From the IMG/VR virus record IMGVR_UViG_3300030463_000010: a stretch of DNA of 53,565 nt; one strand, written 5' to 3'. Shown in pieces: positions 32,566 through 39,929 of this stretch; within the stretch, counting starts at the first letter, position 1, and each line of letters starts with the position of its first letter. The stretch comes from a virus. The notes under the pieces were generated by a model. The model worked only from the letters and a program-made list of their open reading frames with translations. It had not been told where the DNA came from and searched no databases. The translations under genes were made by a program, and so were the position numbers.

Positions 32566-32783
32566 ATCCGTTTTTCAACGCTATGGGCGGAAATAAACAG
32601 CCCAACATGATGCAGCAGTTTCAGCAGTTTATGAACCAGATGAAGGGCAAAGACCCAAATGCAGTGATTCAGGACATGATGCAGTCCGGGAAAATCACCC
32701 AGGACCAATACAACCAGGCCCGCCAGCAGGCACAGCAGATGCAGGGCATGTTTGAGGGGATGCGGGGAATGTTCGGAAAGTAA
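32562..32783 (+). CDS. Met/Gln-rich small protein (73 aa), hypothetical
   Basis: ATGA overlap. NMMQQFQQFMNQMKGKDPNAVIQDMMQSGKITQDQYNQARQQAQQMQGMFEGMRGMF. Confidence 0.6.
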   Translation: MNPFFNAMGGNKQPNMMQQFQQFMNQMKGKDPNAVIQDMMQSGKITQDQYNQARQQAQQMQGMFEGMRGMFGK

Positions 32784-32822
32784 CCATTTCCAAACCAATT
32801 ATTAAACCAATTCAAACCATTT
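32782..32822 (+). repeat. four phased AACCA(A/T)TT repeats (about 10-12 bp period)
   Basis: Copies at 32782, 32793, 32805 and 32815, followed by the palindromic hairpin AAAATCCGTGGCCACGGTTTT (32827-32847). Confidence 0.7.
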
Positions 32823-32875
32823 AATCAAAATCCGTGGCCACGGTTTTGAAATAAATCTACAAAGGAGATTACATC

Positions 32876-33673
32876 ATGAGTCTTTCTTCTGACGGCGGCA
32901 CTGTTATGACAATGCCGGTTACTCCCGCTTATCAGGGCGGCGGTTATGGTGGCAATGGCTCCATGTGGGGTGGAGACTGGTCTGCCTGGATTATTTTGTT
33001 CCTCATTTGGGGAGCCTTTGGGGGCGGCTGGGGCAATGGCTTCGGCGGAGGTTTTGGCGGAGCAAACGGGCCTGGCTTCCAGGGTTATGCCACACGCTCC
33101 GACATTAACGAGGGCTTTGCTCTGAACAACCTCCAGAGCGGCATCAATTCCATCCAGAACGGAATCTGTGATAGTACCTACAGCCTGACCAACGCCATCA
33201 ACAATGGATTCCACGGTGTGGACACCGCCATGTGCAATCTGGGCACCCAGCTCCAGCAGTGCTGCTGCGACAACGCCCGGGCTATTGACGGCGTAAACTA
33301 CAACCTGGCAACCCAGACCAACGGCATTCAGACTGCCATTCAGGGCGTTCGGTATGATATGGCTACTCAGGCTTGCGACACCCGCAACACCATTCAGAAC
33401 AGCACGCGGGACATTATTGACAACGCCAACGCCAACAGCAGAGCCATTCTGGACTTCCTGACTCAGGACAAGATCGCCACGCTGACTGCTGAGAACCAGT
33501 CCCTGAAATTCCAGGCTTCTCAGGCGGCTCAGAATGCGTTCATTACTGCCAACCAGGAGGCGCAGACCGCCGAGCTGATTCGCCGCATCAATCCTATGCC
33601 CGTTCCGGCCTATCAGGTTCCGAACCCCTATGCCGGTTGTGGGTGCTATAGCTCCTGCGGTTGCGGCTGCTAA
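32876..33673 (+). CDS. Gly-rich, single-TM, N/Q-rich helical protein with a Cys-rich C-terminus (265 aa), hypothetical
   Basis: GGGYGGNGSMWGGDWSAWIILFLIWGAFGGGWGNGFGGGFGG (YjcZ-like composition), internal CCC, C-terminal GCGCYSSCGCGC. Confidence 0.7.
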   Translation: MSLSSDGGTVMTMPVTPAYQGGGYGGNGSMWGGDWSAWIILFLIWGAFGGGWGNGFGGGFGGANGPGFQGYATRSDINEGFALNNLQSGINSIQNGICDSTYSLTNAINNGFHGVDTAMCNLGTQLQQCCCDNARAIDGVNYNLATQTNGIQTAIQGVRYDMATQACDTRNTIQNSTRDIIDNANANSRAILDFLTQDKIATLTAENQSLKFQASQAAQNAFITANQEAQTAELIRRINPMPVPAYQVPNPYAGCGCYSSCGCGC

Positions 33674-33737
33674 AATCACATACATCAGCTTTCCGGCATG
33701 ATCGGAATGTTCGGCCCCGTGCCGATACTACAACAAC

Positions 33738-33770
33738 GCGGCGGGGCAATGGCTCCGCCGTATTCTTTTA
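33738..33770 (+). terminator. terminator-like hairpin
   Basis: CGGCGG (33739-33744) pairs with CCGCCG (33755-33760), followed by TATTCTTTT. Confidence 0.4.
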
Positions 33771-33788
33771 TGAGAAAGGATTGATTTT

Positions 33789-34211
33789 ATGGCTGAATTT
33801 ACAAATGTATTTGTTCAGCAGATCGCGGCTAATGGGAATGCAGTTTTCAGCGAAACGCCCGTTTCCGGCTCTAATTGTATTGTTCATCGGGATGGTTCTG
33901 GCATCATCACTCTGCGGGGGATGACGAATCAGTGCCGTGCCCGTTACAAGGTGGTATTTGGCGGGAATATTGCCATCCCGACTGGTGGGGCAGTGGGCCC
34001 CATCTCCGTCGCTATCGCCGTGGAGGGCGAGGCCCTTGGAAGTGCGACAGCTGTTGTGACGCCTGCGGCAGTCGAGGACTTTTTCAATGTATTCGCTGCC
34101 GCATTTATTGAGGTTCCCCGGGGCTGCTGTGTGACAGTGGCTGTCAAAAACACCTCCACTGAGACGATCGAGCTGGAAAATGCCAACGTGATCGTTGAGC
34201 GTGTATGCTGA
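33789..34211 (+). CDS. beta-rich, 5-Cys protein (140 aa); BclA-C-terminal/Ena-like jelly-roll suspected
   Basis: Alternating beta pattern ...IITLRG...YKVVFGGNIAI...ISVAIAVEGEAL...CCVTVAVKN...IVERVC. Similarity is judged by eye only. Confidence 0.6.
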   Translation: MAEFTNVFVQQIAANGNAVFSETPVSGSNCIVHRDGSGIITLRGMTNQCRARYKVVFGGNIAIPTGGAVGPISVAIAVEGEALGSATAVVTPAAVEDFFNVFAAAFIEVPRGCCVTVAVKNTSTETIELENANVIVERVC

Positions 34212-34225
34212 AAGGAGATAACAAA

Positions 34226-34645
34226 ATGAAAGCACTGTATGAGCTGAAAGAGAAGTTTGAGATGGAGCTGGAGGAACTAGCTCGGAAGGGAGAGTTGGGC
34301 GCCGGCGATTTGGAGCTGGCACACAAGCTCACCGACACCATCAAGAACATTGACAAAATCTGTGCTCTGGAGGAAGATGGTGGTTACTCCGAGGCAGGAG
34401 ACTGGGAAGGGCGCGGGTCTTACAATCGCGGTTCCAGCTATGCCAATCGCGGCAAGCACTACGTTCGGGGCCATTACTCCCGAGATGGTTACAGCAATCG
34501 CGGCTACAGCCGTGAAAGCGGTTACAGCCGACATGACGCAAAAGAGCAGATGATGGTCCAGTTGGAGGATATGATGGGCTCTGTGTCGAATGAGCGGGAG
34601 CGTGAGGCTATCCGCCGCTGCATGGAACAGCTGGACCGTGAGTAA
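34226..34645 (+). CDS. hypothetical protein with a central Arg/Gly/Tyr/Ser-rich disordered region (139 aa)
   Basis: AAAGGAGA RBS. ...GSYNRGSSYANRGKHYVRGHYSRDGYSNRGYSRESGYSRHD... Confidence 0.65.
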   Translation: MKALYELKEKFEMELEELARKGELGAGDLELAHKLTDTIKNIDKICALEEDGGYSEAGDWEGRGSYNRGSSYANRGKHYVRGHYSRDGYSNRGYSRESGYSRHDAKEQMMVQLEDMMGSVSNEREREAIRRCMEQLDRE

Positions 34646-34657
34646 GGGGGTGCCGCC

Positions 34658-35140
34658 ATGAATGGCACCAACGAAGCGCGGGAGGGCTCCCGAGAATGGC
34701 TCCTTTTAAAAATTGCGGAATGCATGGTTGAACCAATGAGCGAACGGACGGCAGAACGTTTAAGTACTTACAGCGGAGCGTACAACGCTATCTGCCAATG
34801 GGAAAACGGAAAACCTCCCGATTCCAATTCAGCTAAACCGTTCACCCAGGAAGAGGCGAAAGAGTGGACCAGCGCAATGCAGAATGTAGACGGCACTACC
34901 GGTCCACACTGGACGTTGGAACAAACCAACCAGATCATGACGCAGAGGGGAATCAACTGCGACCCATATCAATGGTGGGTAGCTATGAACATGGTCTATT
35001 CCGATTACAGTAAGGTTGCTAAGAAGCTCAATGTCAGCAACATCGACTTCTATGCCGAAATTGCGAAAGCGTTTCTGGATGATCAGGACGCCGCTCCCGA
35101 CAAGCTTGCTCGGTACTATGAGTTTGTCGTGAAGCACTGA
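34658..35140 (+). CDS. hypothetical protein (160 aa)
   Basis: AAGGGGG RBS. ...DGTTGPHWTLEQTNQIM...WWVAMNMVYSDY... Confidence 0.65.
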   Translation: MNGTNEAREGSREWLLLKIAECMVEPMSERTAERLSTYSGAYNAICQWENGKPPDSNSAKPFTQEEAKEWTSAMQNVDGTTGPHWTLEQTNQIMTQRGINCDPYQWWVAMNMVYSDYSKVAKKLNVSNIDFYAEIAKAFLDDQDAAPDKLARYYEFVVKH

Positions 35141-35177
35141 TGATAGTCCCCGCTCTCTCATGAGGGCGGGGATTATA

Positions 35178-35221
35178 TTACATAATATTACTGCAACTAC
35201 AGAGGAAGTAATATTAAGTAA
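35178..35221. other. candidate attP: 15-bp imperfect inverted arms around a 14-bp core
   Basis: TTACATAATATTACT-GCAACTACAGAGGA-AGTAATATTAAGTAA (1 mismatch between arms). Lies directly beside the 3' end of the integrase gene. Confidence 0.4.
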
Positions 35222-35241
35222 TAAACTTTTGGAAATTTTTT

Positions 35242-36582
35242 TCACACATTTAAGGAATATTCTATGTGCCTATCAGGGTATATTTTGATTTCTTTGACAA
35301 TAATTCTCCAAAATTCTCGTTTTTCTTCGCGGTTGAGTCCGTCGTAAGATTCTTTCCAGTTTTCGGTTAACACCCTATCAATACTCTCGAAGTCTTGCTT
35401 TTGCTCAGGGAGTGCTGCTTTCTCCAAATCACTGATTTTTGCAAGCAATGCTTCACGGTCTGTCTTTAATTCTTCTAGTGTGATGATATCATTCAAATAT
35501 AAATCCTTCAGTTTGTTTAACTTTGACTTTGCAGCAGAGATTTCCGCACGTGACCTTTTGTTGATTTCCGCATTTTTGAGAGCGGAAAAGTTGGCCTTGT
35601 ATTCGTGAAATTTGTTGGCTACTGTCGCAAGAAGATACTCTTCAATTTTCCTTTCACCAAGATTAACGCGATTTTGGCATCCATTCTGCTTTGTATAGTG
35701 TCCGTTGCAATTGTAGAACACATACGTCTGCTTTGTGTTAATACGAGCACCCATCCTGTTGCCGCACTCCGGGCAAACCACTAATCCGGAAAACAGATAG
35801 GTACGATTATTCTTTGCCTTTCGGACAACCTTCCTCCGCATAGCTTGAATTTGTTCATGATCTTCTTTAGTGATATAGGCAGGACACATTCCGTCCATAT
35901 TGTAATATTTCCCATAATATGTAGTGCTGCGCAGCATCTTATCAATAAGATGGTATCTCATTAAAACACCATATTTTTCTCTGATAAATTCGGAAGTTTT
36001 AGAAATGGAACCGGAGGCTAAATACTTCTTAAAGAAATCGTTAACAAGAGCCTCTTTGGATTCGTCTTTTTTGAATGATTTTCCTTCAATTTTATAACCA
36101 AAAGGTATATTCCCGGTAAGAGGCTCCAACCGCGCCCGCTTTCCCTCAAAAACGAATTTGATACGCTCACTGGTCCGGTCTGCTTCATCTTGGGCAACGG
36201 ACAACATGATATTTACTTTCAGCCGCCCGGATGCGGTTGTCGTCTCATAATCCTCTTGTGTCGCCTGCCAAGATACACCATATTGATCTAGGATTTCCTG
36301 AACAGCATAGTAGTTCCCCACATTTCTAAACCATCGGTCCAGTTTTATAAACAATATCAGATCAATTTTTCCAACCCTGCAATCATCCAGAAGTTTTAGG
36401 AGTGCAGGGCGTTTCTTATATGGTTTTCTGGCGGAGATGCCAGCATCTTCATAGATGCCGACAATCTTCATTCCATGGGATTTTGAAAATTGGGTCAGAC
36501 TATTTTTTTGGTCTTCCAGAGACAAGCCATGCCGGGCTTGTTCTTCTGTACTAACCCTTATATATAATGCAGCTCGTTGCAT
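35242..36582 (-). CDS. int: large serine recombinase (integrase)
   Basis: 446 aa from the ATG at 36582 (AGGAGGTGGAG RBS). AALYIRVSTEEQ..., recombinase domain, zinc ribbon CPECGNRM...YNCNGHY, coiled coil. Confidence 0.9.
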   Translation of the reverse strand: MQRAALYIRVSTEEQARHGLSLEDQKNSLTQFSKSHGMKIVGIYEDAGISARKPYKKRPALLKLLDDCRVGKIDLILFIKLDRWFRNVGNYYAVQEILDQYGVSWQATQEDYETTTASGRLKVNIMLSVAQDEADRTSERIKFVFEGKRARLEPLTGNIPFGYKIEGKSFKKDESKEALVNDFFKKYLASGSISKTSEFIREKYGVLMRYHLIDKMLRSTTYYGKYYNMDGMCPAYITKEDHEQIQAMRRKVVRKAKNNRTYLFSGLVVCPECGNRMGARINTKQTYVFYNCNGHYTKQNGCQNRVNLGERKIEEYLLATVANKFHEYKANFSALKNAEINKRSRAEISAAKSKLNKLKDLYLNDIITLEELKTDREALLAKISDLEKAALPEQKQDFESIDRVLTENWKESYDGLNREEKREFWRIIVKEIKIYPDRHIEYSLNV

Positions 36583-36824
36583 AGCTCCACCTCCTAAGAT
36601 CACGCCGCCAGGTGATTCCTGACGGCGGCTTTTCACTAGAATGAAAACCTATCGTAAAAAGTAAAATTGTGGTATAAAAATAAAGACCACTAGATATAGG
36701 TCAATACAAAATATAAATGGAAAAAATTGTGAAAATCTGCTGATTGCCTTATATTATCCTCGGTGCTATGATATTATCAAATCACTAGAACAAATGTTCT
36801 TGAACGAGGAGGGGCAACTGGAAT

Positions 36825-36974
36825 ATGGATGAACGAGATATGACCTGCGGTGAATTGCTCTGTAGTGAGGACTACAACGAACGAGAGTTATTAATTAACA
36901 TGATATTAAATCTTAGCGAAGAAGAAATAAAACGAGTTATTGGTCTCTCTGGTCAATTACTTGTTCCACAATGA
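36825..36974 (+). CDS. small hypothetical ORF (49 aa) convergent with, and overlapping, the repressor 3' end
   Basis: GAGGAGGGG upstream but 11-nt spacing; overlap of 38 nt. Confidence 0.3.
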   Translation: MDERDMTCGELLCSEDYNERELLINMILNLSEEEIKRVIGLSGQLLVPQ

Positions 36975-37284
36975 TTCTGAGTTTATGAACATTTTCATCT
37001 GACATCTTATAAATGCAGCTTATAAGATATTTTTTCTCATCAGAAAGCCCGCTTCCAGATTTGGTGGCGGGTATTTCACTTTCATCATCCCATCCCATTA
37101 AATATATTGGAGATGTGCCAAGAGCTGATGCAAGTTTTGAAATAGTAGACCTTTTTAAATTTACAACAATATCAGTTTCATATTTGTTAATTGCAGCCTT
37201 TTTAACGCCAATCATTTTTCCAAGTTCCTCTTGAGACAATCCTTTGTTGATTCTTAAATTTTTTATTCTTTGCCCCGTTGTCAC
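36937..37284 (-). CDS. CI-like repressor (XRE-family HTH)
   Basis: 115 aa. TGQRIKNLRINKGLSQEELGKMIGVKKAAINKYE. Divergent from the cro-like gene. Confidence 0.85.
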   Translation of the reverse strand: MTTGQRIKNLRINKGLSQEELGKMIGVKKAAINKYETDIVVNLKRSTISKLASALGTSPIYLMGWDDESEIPATKSGSGLSDEKKYLISCIYKMSDENVHKLRIIVEQVIDQRDQ

Positions 37285-37314
37285 ATATTCACCCCCCTCA
37301 CAAACTGTATCTAA

Positions 37315-37342
37315 ATATTATCACATTTTTCAAAAAAATCAA
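37315..37342 (-). promoter_or_regulatory. candidate repressor promoter TTGATT-16-TAATAT
   Basis: -35 at 37342..37337 and -10 at 37320..37315 on the minus strand. Confidence 0.4.
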
Positions 37343-37347
37343 GAAAA

Positions 37348-37364
37348 ATATCTTGACAAGAAAC
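37348..37364. promoter_or_regulatory. degenerate operator dyad ATATCT-N5-AGAAAC overlapping the -35
   Basis: Two mismatches relative to GTATCT-N5-AGATAC. Confidence 0.4.
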
Positions 37365-37380
37365 CGGAATGTGCTATAAT
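37353..37380 (+). promoter_or_regulatory. early rightward promoter TTGACA-16-TGcTATAAT
   Basis: Read directly. Overlapped and flanked by operator-like dyads. Confidence 0.7.
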
Positions 37381-37384
37381 CGAA

Positions 37385-37401
37385 GTATCTTAAACAGATA
37401 C
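37385..37401. promoter_or_regulatory. operator dyad GTATCT-TAAAC-AGATAC
   Basis: Perfect 6-bp inverted half-sites between the -10 and the cro-like RBS. Confidence 0.65.
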
Positions 37402-37413
37402 GGAGGTGAACAA

Positions 37414-37632
37414 ATGAACAAATTGCTCTTGAAGTCGCACATGGCAAAGAAGGGGGAGACACAAGCGGTTCTTGCGGAAGCTATGGGCCTTAGTTTGTCT
37501 CGTTTAAACGCAAAAATTAACGGAACAGGGGGCGCAGAGTTTACACAAACTGAAATTGCGTTCATCTCTGAACGGTATAAACTTTCTGGCAGCGAAACCA
37601 TGCGTATTTTTTTTAGCGAAAAAGTATCTTAA
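37414..37632 (+). CDS. Cro-like HTH regulator
   Basis: 72 aa from the ATG at 37414 (GGAGGTG RBS). GETQAVLAEAMGLSLSRLNAKING. Confidence 0.75.
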   Translation: MNKLLLKSHMAKKGETQAVLAEAMGLSLSRLNAKINGTGGAEFTQTEIAFISERYKLSGSETMRIFFSEKVS

Positions 37633-37640
37633 ATAGATAC
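37624..37640. promoter_or_regulatory. operator dyad GTATCT-TAAAT-AGATAC
   Basis: Perfect second copy overlapping the cro-like stop codon. Confidence 0.6.
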
Positions 37641-37661
37641 AATTGAGGAGGAGGTGAACAC

Positions 37662-37799
37662 ATGCCAAACACTTGCTTAACCGCAGAAATCGACATTTCC
37701 AATATCGATGAGGCAACAGAAAAAGTGAACCGATTACTGGAGCTTTTGAAAGAGGTGACCAGTATTATCAGTTCACTTTCTGAGGGAATAAAAAATTAG
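37662..37799 (+). CDS. small hypothetical protein (45 aa); paralogue-like to 38838-39002
   Basis: GAGGAGGAGGTG RBS. ...IDISNIDEATEKVNRLLELLKEV... Confidence 0.5.
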   Translation: MPNTCLTAEIDISNIDEATEKVNRLLELLKEVTSIISSLSEGIKN

Positions 37800-38122
37800 A
37801 GCCCTAATTTCCGGGCGGCATATTCTTTTACGGCGGTATGCAACATTTCTTCCCATGTTTTGAATCGTGTTGTAGCCGCAATATGGCGGTCAAATGGTTC
37901 GTTTGGAATATTCCTAAAATCTTCCTGCGAACCAACATGAAATCCACCATTATCCAATAGCTCAGACATGGAAGAAAACTTTGTGTATTTACACATGAAG
38001 TCAGAAGGAAACAGTTCAGAAAAAGAAACGGAGTGCTTTCCATCCAACTCTTTTAATCCCTTTTGCGTCTGTTCCAACTTCCTCTGAGCTTCGTCCAAAC
38101 CTTTAATTTTGATTTTTGCCAT
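37796..38122 (-). CDS. hypothetical protein (108 aa)
   Basis: Minus strand inside the early region. MAKIKIKGLDEAQRKLEQTQKGLKELDGK... Confidence 0.6.
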   Translation of the reverse strand: MAKIKIKGLDEAQRKLEQTQKGLKELDGKHSVSFSELFPSDFMCKYTKFSSMSELLDNGGFHVGSQEDFRNIPNEPFDRHIAATTRFKTWEEMLHTAVKEYAARKLGL

Positions 38123-38251
38123 TGATTATACCCCGATTCGTTTTTCTTAAATATAACATATTTCTTTTCAAAAATCAACAATCCGAAATAAACGCTTGAC
38201 AACTTCAGCGTAACCGTAGACGAGCTTCTTTCAGAAGACCAGGGTGCATGA

Positions 38252-38260
38252 GGGGGGGGG
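38252..38260 (+). repeat. G9 homopolymer tract
   Basis: Read directly: A then GGGGGGGGG then TG. Confidence 0.9.
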
Positions 38261-38268
38261 TGAAAGGG

Positions 38269-38403
38269 ATGGAAGTCATTTTGAAAGGCGAACCGAAAGA
38301 GATCGCCGCTCTTGTGGTGGAGTTACAAGAGCGGCGGGAGTTGATTATTAATCCTGATCGTCTTGCCAAAGCCATTTGTGGTACAGACCCAAAAGCTCAA
38401 TAG
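38269..38403 (+). CDS. small hypothetical protein (44 aa, or 51 aa if started at the ATG at 38248, which would place the G9 tract in-frame)
   Basis: MEVILKGEPKEIAALVVELQERRELIINPD... The G-tract plus GAAAGGG acts as the RBS. Confidence 0.4.
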   Translation: MEVILKGEPKEIAALVVELQERRELIINPDRLAKAICGTDPKAQ

Positions 38404-38563
38404 CAATTGTGTAGCTTAATGCTCCAATTTGATTTCCGAAATAGTCTGGGCTTCCGGGAGTTGTCACGCTTCTTATTTCTGCAACTTTCAAAGAAGCGTC
38501 TTCCATGATCGCAGCAGCATCTTCTTTAGAAATCGAAGATATAAAGTCATTAAAATTTTTCAA
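38348..38563 (-). CDS. hypothetical protein (71 aa from TTG 38563)
   Basis: GGAAAGGAGGG RBS 8 nt before the TTG. MKNFNDFISSISKEDAAAIMEDASLKVAEIR... Confidence 0.5.
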   Translation of the reverse strand: MKNFNDFISSISKEDAAAIMEDASLKVAEIRSVTTPGSPDYFGNQIGALSYTIAIELLGLYHKWLWQDDQD

Positions 38564-38672
38564 AACACTCACCCTCCTTTCCCTGCCAGTATAGCACGGC
38601 ATAGCAGGGAGGACAACCCAATAAAGATGCCCCGCCGCACTGCCAGCATGACGGGAGCGACAGGAGATTGAA

Positions 38673-38825
38673 ATGGCGGTTTTTAAAACGATTGTGTTTA
38701 TGATCTATATTTTATGTGCAGCAGCCGCCACCTATTTTAAATATGAGAAAGAGAATGACGAGGCATTATGGTGGCTTGGGTGGGCTATCATTTTTTACAT
38801 GACATTCGTTTCTTATGGATGGTGA
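38673..38825 (+). CDS. small membrane protein (50 aa, two hydrophobic segments)
   Basis: MAVFKTIVFMIYILCAAAATYF...WWLGWAIIFYMTFVSYGW. Confidence 0.45.
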   Translation: MAVFKTIVFMIYILCAAAATYFKYEKENDEALWWLGWAIIFYMTFVSYGW

Positions 38826-38837
38826 GGAGGTGAAAGG

Positions 38838-39002
38838 ATGGCCGATGTAAAACTCAATGTTACGCTGAACGGAGTAGATGAAGCTCAGCGTAAAGCAGAG
38901 CTGCTTGAGAACACAATAAAAAGGGCCATGTCGTTGGCGGGCGACCTGGCTGGATTACTCAAGGATTTATCAGTTGAAGTTAGAGGTAAAACCGATGAAT
39001 AG
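38838..39002 (+). CDS. small hypothetical protein (54 aa)
   Basis: GAGGAGGTGAAAGG RBS. MADVKLNVTLNGVDEAQRKAELLENTIKRAMSL... Confidence 0.5.
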   Translation: MADVKLNVTLNGVDEAQRKAELLENTIKRAMSLAGDLAGLLKDLSVEVRGKTDE

Positions 39003-39159
39003 CTTTAAAGTAACAAAAGATCACCGTATTTTACTGAATGACGTGGAGATTGATCATGTTCTTGGCTTTGATTTTCACATTGAAGCAGGAGAAGACCCGG
39101 AAGTTGTTCTGCGATTCTTGGCGTCAAACATTGATATTGATGATTACAGAGACTACTGA
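38995..39159 (+). CDS. small hypothetical protein (54 aa)
   Basis: The ATG at 38995 overlaps the upstream stop. ...ILLNDVEIDHVLGFDFHIEAGEDPEVVLRFLASNIDID. Confidence 0.5.
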   Translation: MNSFKVTKDHRILLNDVEIDHVLGFDFHIEAGEDPEVVLRFLASNIDIDDYRDY

Positions 39160-39311
39160 TACAAGAGCTAGGCGAAAGGAACAATAAAAAGCGGGCTGCC
39201 TCTGGCGGTAACAGAGGACAGCCCATGACACCACGTGAAAGGGCCACGAGGTATCGGAGACAGTATAACACATCCTCCGGCCTCTGGCAAGAATAGGAGG
39301 ATATTTTTAAC

Positions 39312-39578
39312 ATGAAAAAGGAACCGACAACAATTCAGGAATTAAGAGGTATGGCCCGGTACGTGAACCGCGAGTTTGATAATCTCTGCCGCGATTGGAA
39401 GGGCCAGACATGGGAGGAGGCACATATGAATTATTCGTTTGAAGATTATCGCAGGGCACTAGAGGGAGCTGGCCCCAAGTTGAAGGAACTGATTCTTGAT
39501 CGAGCGGCACAGGACCCTGGCATTCATTTGATGGAACTGAAGGAGCTGGTGTCCAGTGCATACCCGGAGGATGCCTAA
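39312..39578 (+). CDS. hypothetical protein (88 aa)
   Basis: AGGAGGA RBS. Confidence 0.6.
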   Translation: MKKEPTTIQELRGMARYVNREFDNLCRDWKGQTWEEAHMNYSFEDYRRALEGAGPKLKELILDRAAQDPGIHLMELKELVSSAYPEDA

Positions 39579-39724
39579 AAAATCCCCCGCCGTGTTCGCA
39601 GCACGACGAGGGTAAGGATTGAGGCACCACACGACAATCCCTTTTACACTATATCACTTCCGAAGGGATTGGACAAGATGCAATCACATAAAATTTACCA
39701 AGTTCTTGAGGAGGTTAGTTTGCT

Positions 39725-39847
39725 ATGGAAGAAAATCTGGATTGCTTTCAGAAAGCGCTGATTTACTTAAAGACAAAGCGTTTGGAGCAGCTAGGCGTTA
39801 CAGCAGAAATTACTGTTACAAAGGTTGAGAAAGATGACAACGATTGA
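39725..39847 (+). CDS. small hypothetical protein (40 aa)
   Basis: GAGGAGG 10 nt upstream. Confidence 0.35.
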   Translation: MEENLDCFQKALIYLKTKRLEQLGVTAEITVTKVEKDDND

Positions 39848-39929
39848 ACTGGTTTTCGTTTTGATTGGAATAGGGACAGCCACAAGCTGGCTGTTCCGCC
39901 CAGTGGACAAGCTGGAGGGGCGGGCATGA
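39834..39929 (+). CDS. small hydrophobic peptide (31 aa)
   Basis: MTTIELVFVLIGIGTATSWLF... ATGA overlap with the next gene. Confidence 0.3.
   Translation: MTTIELVFVLIGIGTATSWLFRPVDKLEGRA

Noticed and set aside
32825-33685. 286-aa minus-strand ORF
   Set aside because: It mirrors the plus-strand 265-aa gene, which has a good RBS and operon context. It is a shadow ORF.
39190-39225. Hairpin GGGCTGCCTCTG...CAGAGGACAGCCC as a terminator
   Set aside because: The stem is strong but no U tract follows on either strand. It may be structural, but it is not supported as an intrinsic terminator.
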